Both the position numbers and the translations under genes were made by a program. Positions 57,545-64,000 of a DNA stretch of 64,000 nt are shown one piece after another (position 1 is the stretch's first letter; each line of letters starts with the position of its first letter). The DNA comes from Takakia lepidozioides (taxonomy: Eukaryota; Plantae; Bryophyta). The stretch covers positions 28,148,001 to 28,212,000 of the forward strand of contig CM060732.1 of assembly GCA_030704615.1 (NCBI GenBank), read 5' to 3'. The notes beneath the pieces were generated by a model. That model made no database searches. It saw nothing but the letters and a program-made list of their open reading frames with translations, and had not been told where the DNA came from.

Positions 57545-60500
57545 TCAGCAACGGATCTCATATGAGCCTGCCCTTGTGATGTAGCGTACCCATTCTACGG
57601 TGCTGTATCCACTTTTCTCCCATACCTGCTCAGAATGGCCACCAATAAGTAATAGAAGTGCATCCTTGGCAATGTAAGTTAGTGCAGGTTCCCATGTGTT
57701 GTTATAAAAAGACACTATGCTTGTGACAAGAAACAAGGCTTCTAGCTTAGATACTCTTTTTACCAATGCGCAGCATCTCATGTGTCATAGAGAGTCTTTA
57801 CCTTCAAGAATCGAACTCTTAGCCCTGAAGCAGTGAACATGGGGACCTGTTGCCAAGCAATAAGCAGAATTTCAAAACCCCTTGCATTGACCATATGGTC
57901 AGCGACTCACCACCGTAAGTATGCTCCTAAAGGCAGTTGTCAACAACTCACAATGCGATGGCTTCCTATCCACTCATCAAATCAGAGTCTTAACTCTTCT
58001 AGAGCAACTGGACCGAAGTTATTAAATGAGCTGTGAACTCTCTGGGAATATAGACATAAGAAAAGCTATCGGAAAGATTAAATTCATACTACAATTATCA
58101 CATCGGATGGGGTACAGCCAAGTATACACCACATGATCAAGGGACCGTGAGTGGAACTAGGAGATAAGTGTCTGGAAACTCAAGGATAGAACTCAGATGA
58201 CAACTAGGATAACATGTGGTATGAAACTTAGAGGAGACCACCCACCTGGAATTCCATTTGAATTGGGGGTCTAGTCCACGACTTCTTCTCAACCATTGTT
58301 GAAATAAGCTCAACTTCAGCACTCATTGTGAGCTCTGTTTGTCCCGGAAACTTCCTCACTCTGCACAAGGTTCCATATTAAGCAGCCTTTAGATACAAGG
58401 ACAAATCAAACAGAACTACACAGGAAAGACTACCATGCCCAATTAAAACACCATGTACTTTCTATATCCAGGAGTGAGTACATACACAATTCCTGTAGCT
58501 ACTCCAAGTCCTAAAAAATGAGAAAGCCATTACAATTGATGTTGAGGGAGAAGATGGTCCTTACTTCCAGACCAAGCAGTCAATTGCCGCATTGTACTTG
58601 GCTCTGCCTGCTGTCACTTGGAAATTGGCCTTTGCCGTGTGCTTGGGCACTGGCACCTTGACCACTACTCCAAGTGCGAACATCTTGGCCCCAAACACAC
58701 TCTTCACCTACAACCCATCACCACAATCCAAACAAATATAAGTGTGACACCTATGACCTACCAAAGCTCCAGTCAAGTCAGAGAAGAAAAGTAGAGTTTT
58801 GGCCCTCTAGACCCAGTGAGGACTCTTCAAAATGAACTGCACTCAAGTTCCCCTTGAAAGCTGCATTGGCTCATGTAACTACCATCTCAACTGTGGTCCA
58901 GATTCATTCTCAGATCCCACACCCTTTCTTCCAAATCAGTTTCATGACTATTTGAACACAAAACCTTTCAAATTTGTATAGGTAAGTGAAATTTGCCAAC
59001 TAATGATTCCAATGTCAGAAATTCCAGCCTTCTCGACTTATATGCTCAACATGTCCTGAAAAACGAAGGAAATAGGTGCACCTTCACATTGACCTCCAGT
59101 CGAGTCCGGCCCAACTCCTTGATGCTTGGCAGCACACGGAATGGTAAATTGATACCCTCTGTAATCCGGTATCTGTAACACCATTCTCGAACAAGTTTGG
59201 TAAACACAATCACAAAACAAAAATCAATCGTTTTTCTTTCACCCACTGTAACGGCCCCTTCTGCTCCCTTTCCCCCTGCCTTTCACTTGTCAAACAAGGG
59301 AAGGGAGGCTAATATCTCTCTCTCCCTCTCTCCCTTAATATTGCAAATGCGCGAAGAGATACTTTGATCTTTGGGGGCTAGAGGCTAATGTCAGCAAATG
59401 TGCAGTGGTAGCATTCAACGACAGAGGAGAGGGAGGAAGTAATCTTAAGTGGCAGTGGGGTAGCCAAGAGATCCCGGTCCTCCCTTCCTACACTTACCTG
59501 GGCGTTGAGTTTTCCTCCAATTGTAATTGGGATGCACATATCCGGAAAGTTGTTCAAACTGGCAAGGGCAAAGCTCTGGGGCTCACTAATTTTTTCCACT
59601 GCAGAGGGGTCAACTCTGAGGTTAAGAAAAGCATGCTTTGTCGCATTATTAGACCTGCCTTGGAGTACGGATCTGCTATATGGGTTGATAACTCCAACCA
59701 GGCTAAGTCTCTAGAATCCATTCAAGTGGGGGTGCTTAAGGAGTGTATGTCAGCATGCTCCAAACAGCCAATGTGGCTGTTCGGGGTGAGTTTGGCATTC
59801 CATCCTTAAGCTCCCGACGAGATGAATTCAAGGTCAGATGGTGGGGTCAGCTGCAACATATGCCCAACACCAGATATCCTAAGTTAATCGACTCTATATC
59901 TTGGAAACAGGACCGCCCTGTCAAACAGGCTAAGTCCTGGCAGAAGAGAGTAGAAGAGATTCTCAAGGACCTAGACCTGGAACCGCAAGTCTTGACCCTG
60001 CTGGATAAATCTGACTTAGAGGCTGTAGTGTCCAAAGCCATGTCTGTTGCCATGAGATTGTCTGATGAAAATGAAGTTAGGCAGAAAACTTCCCTGAACT
60101 TGTTTCCAGTCAGTGACATGGGGGAGGACATCTTGGATGACCTCAAGGGTCTACCCACTCTCGGCACTAGACTGAAATTTAAACTCAGGGCAGGAAGCCT
60201 ACCTTTGAACAGCAAACAGAAGCAGAGAGGAAAGGGAGAGTGCAATTGCCCGTTGTGTGGGCAATCTGAAGACAGTATTCATTTTCTGATACACTGTCCG
60301 GGGTTCTCTCACCAAAGAGACGCTCTCTTCAACTCTATCAAGGGAATTGTGCCTGTACCCCTGTTTACCAACTTTGAAAGTCTCGAGGCTGAGCCAAACG
60401 CCCAGGCCCTCCTGAGGCCTAGTTTTTGGGCAAATCACACACAGCAGATTGATGCTTGTGTGAAGGGATTTCTAGAGGATAAACCCGGATTAATTCTTTA

Positions 60501-63500
60501 TATGAAGGTAAGTCTTACTACCAACGTCAACCCCTGACAGAGGTAGGTTCTGTTCCTTTTGTTCCCGCTCAAACTGGGCGCGGGGTCAATGGCCACAAGG
60601 CTACGGCAAACAACGTCTTATGAGTACAATATTGCAAATGCCAGTTGTGTGGGCAACCTGAAGACAACATTCACTTTTCTTATTCCTTGTCCTGGGTACT
60701 CTCCCCAGAGAGACACCCTCTTCAAATCCAATCTCGAGGATAAGCCAAAAGCCCAGGCCCTATTGGGGCCTAGTTATCAGGAAAATAGCACACAGCACCT
60801 TGATGCTTGTGTACAGGATTTCCAGGGGATATCTGGAAAACTTGGATCAATTGTCTGTTCCAAGGTAAGTCATACTACCAGTGTCAGCCTCTGACAAAGG
60901 TAGTTTCTGTCCCTTTGTGTTCCGCTCACACTGGGCATGGGGTCAATCACCACAAGGCTACAGCAAACAATGCCTCATGAGTACATTCTCTCTCCATGAA
61001 TTCAGAGATGGGATCAGTTGACACGCACGCCTAATACCAGATACCCTAAGACAACCGACGCTATTTCTTGGAAGTAAGACTGTCCTGTTAAACAGGCAAG
61101 TCTTGGCGGAGAAGGGTAGAAGAGATTTTCAAGTATCTGAATATAAAGTCCATAAGAATTGACCCTACTGAATGAAGCTGACCTGGAAGGGGTTGTGTCC
61201 TAAGCCATGTGTGATGCCCAAAGACTGTCCGATGGAAATGAAGTTAGGTATAAAACGTCCTTGAACTTGTTTACAGTCTGTGACATGGGCAAGGACCTTT
61301 GATGGGCCTACCTACCCTCGGCACTGGACTGAAATATAAACTCAGGGCGGGGAGCCTACCTTTGAACAATAAACAGACGCAGAGAGGAATGGACATAGTA
61401 ATTGCCCAATGTGCGGGCAACCTGAAGACTATCCATTTTCTGATACATTATCCGGGTATTCTCACCAGAGAGTGACCCTCTACAGGAACATCAAGAACAT
61501 GGTTCATGCACTTCTGTTCACCAACCTAAAGCCCTGACCCTGTTGGGGTCTAAGTTTTGGGCTGCACCCACACAGCAGGTTGATGCCTGTGTGAAGGGCT
61601 TTCCAGAGGATACTGGAAAGCCCGAACTACTTGTTTATATCAAGGTAAGTCACACTACTGGAGTAAGCCCCTCACAAAGGTAGTCCTATCCCTTATGTTT
61701 TTGTCCAAACTGGGCACGGGGTCTATGGCCACAAGTCTACGAAAAACAAGGTCTCATGAGTTTTCTTCCCTTGAACGTCACTAAGTTCTTTGTAACAGCA
61801 TTCAAAAATTGCCTGACCCCAGAAATCTGTTCAGAATTTTTGGCCTAGAACAAACGGAAAAGGGAGAACATGATAACTTATAGAGCAGCTGCCCTATAAG
61901 GTTAGAAGCATTGGCTGCTCTTCTCATTTGGAAGGGGAGCAGGCAAGAGCTGAAGGAGCAGTCACCTTACTGCCGACCTATGGCTACAAGCAAGGTACTC
62001 ATTCAGGCTCTTGAAGCACTTAGTGTCCCAACATAAACAGAGTGCACACTATGAGGAACTCACATGGACTTTACGAGCTCTGCTCTGAATCTATTCATAC
62101 TTTTGCAAACCAAAGGCCTCTATGTGGCCCCTTGCGTGAGTACTTGGCTCTAGTAACACCTTCCTTTTGGAAACGGGTGCTTACTGACATAGGACCACCC
62201 CTCTGGAGAATGGGCTGACATAGGTGCTGCTAAGTTGTGTACCTATTCTTGACTGAAATGGCTGAAAGGACCTCCCTTACCTCTCCTCTCTTTGGTGATA
62301 TGACCTACTGCAGGGATGGCATTGATAACAAGTGTGAAGTGGTTTCGGCCTGAGGTTCCACAGGGATCACTAACCTGTTGGTTTGTTGGTTTGCTGTGAT
62401 GGATCCAGATTGTTCTGTATATAGCTCATTGGGGTTTGTTAATGAGCCCTGGCGAAGTCATCAAATTAACATCCGCCAATCCCTAGTCGGCATCGTTTAT
62501 GGTTGAGACAGTTCTGGGACTTAGCCATTTTCGGGCCCAACCTAGGAAAATGGTGCCGAAAATGGTTTACGAGTGAGTGGTCACATTGTAAGTTGCCTCC
62601 TGATTTTGTGAGGCAGCTCCCCTCGCTCTTTTATTTCATTGAAAGACCGTTTCTGCTTCTGCTGGTATTGACATTCTTCAAGTGGATTTGTTCTTACTGT
62701 AGGATGCCAAGTACTGTAGGAGGGACGTCTACACCGCAGTTCATGGGCAGGATGAACGTGCATTTTTTTGCCAGGGGGGATTTCATGCCTAGTCCAGAAA
62801 GGGACTACATCCTTCCTACTTATGTTGCCCGGCTTGCTTCGGTGTCCATTAGGAGGTGTTCCGAACCTAGTCGTGTACAGCAGATTTTAGACAAGGCAAG
62901 CCTCAAGAAAATGAAGATGAGGGAGGAGGCAGCAGCTATTAGAGCCCGTCAGGCTCGTAGATTTGTCTTGGATTCAGCTGAGGAAAGTGGGGGAGAAGAT
63001 TCCCAGGAGGTGAGGTGGACAGTCCCCCAAGAGGACGGGATTTTTGAGAGGCATAGTGGAACTGATGCATCACAGAGCTCGGAGGATGAGGGGGATGAGG
63101 GGGATGAAGAAGAAGGTGGGGCAAGTTCCTCGGAGGGTGTTTCCAAGGCTGAGGATGTATTTGATTAAAAGAAGCAATCTGATGCAGACTTCTTTTCTAG
63201 TCTTGACATCACTCGCCCTATCACTCTCCTCTCCCCTCCCTTTTGTTCCACTCAAACTGGGTGCGGGGTCTATGGCCACAAGGCTATGGCACACAACATG
63301 TCTGAGCACATTCTCTTCTGCCCAACCATTAACACTGTCAAAAATAAGAATTCCAGCATCCGTTTACTAATTAATTGAAGGAGTGTTAAGTACCTGAAGC
63401 TGCACAAAAAGAAATTAATTCGTGATTACTGTAAAAATGAGTATGTAACACTACCTGTCATGACAAGGTTTCACAAACTTAAACTGTCATGCTTGTCAGC

Positions 63501-64000
63501 TAAAGACCCATACAATTTCTTTATAAACAAGAAGACGGTTTACGCAGAAGAGAAAGGCCACTCACTTCATAAGCTCAAACTCTCCATCAGGGGGTACAAA
63601 GCTCACTGTCTTTTCGGTATTGAAGCGTGTGAGGTTGACACACTGGTGAAAGGTAACGTCATCAAGCTCTATAGTCTTGCCACTGCCAACCACAGGGCCA
63701 AGTCACAAGAGAACCATGTTACTTTCTTCCCTAATAACATGTCTTACAGCGCAATTGAAGACATGAGTTTGTGGCCAACAGCCATGCTAACCAAGGGTCT
63801 CACCACACCCAGCCCATTGACAATCTCTTTCAGTCATCACTCTCCTATGGACATACAGGAACGGCTGGCTTCACAGCAGGACTGCATGTTAGTGGGGCAG
63901 TCAAGTTGCTCCGCTAAGAGCTCCAAATTAAAATATTCTTCTGAAATCTCAACCTGCCACTGGACTCTACTAACCTTCTTGATGGTCGAGCCTTAGCTTG
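57545..64000 (-). CDS. AP2M: AP-2 adaptor mu subunit, 3' exons: 63975-64000, 63566-63682, 59082-59172, 58565-58707, 58246-58360, 57802-57846, 57545-57625
   Basis: [18 protein letters not shown]...[16 protein letters not shown]...[41 protein letters not shown]; all junctions GT-AG and in frame. Confidence 0.96.
59405..61760 (+). mobile_element. Non-LTR retrotransposon 3' part with partial tandem copies, in the AP2M intron
   Basis: [23 protein letters not shown]...HFLIHCP; repeated 3' tail. Confidence 0.8.

Overview
Eukaryotic nuclear DNA from a land plant, probably seed-free (inferred from a PLS-DYW PPR gene, GT-AG introns and a TE-rich context). There is a 500-N scaffold gap at 17053-17552. 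Host genes: a PLS-DYW PPR editing factor (37890-40523 +), an IRKI/GIL1-family gene (45187-47715 +) and the 3' part of AP-2 mu (57545-64000 -). The first 34 kb is a nest of retrotransposons dominated by a Ty3/gypsy family with the polyprotein order Gag-protease-DNMT3-like cytosine methyltransferase-[UAG CAA CCA]-RT-RNaseH-integrase-PHD. This family also has a putative self-priming PBS and non-standard termini: A...B-A-B split repeats with an internal palindromic CA-nn-TG junction and a 4-bp TSD confirmed by an empty site in the window. An unrelated gypsy element at 49904-55831 shows the same split-terminus layout. Together these suggest LTR elements that integrate from circles cut at an LTR-internal att site (inference). 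Also present: a conventional chromovirus with a 5-bp TSD, an Ogre/Tat-like 5' end carrying a 53-bp-period array of 30-bp palindromes with 23-bp variable spacers, CACTA, hAT and LINE fragments, and a ParB/Srx-motif pseudogene.
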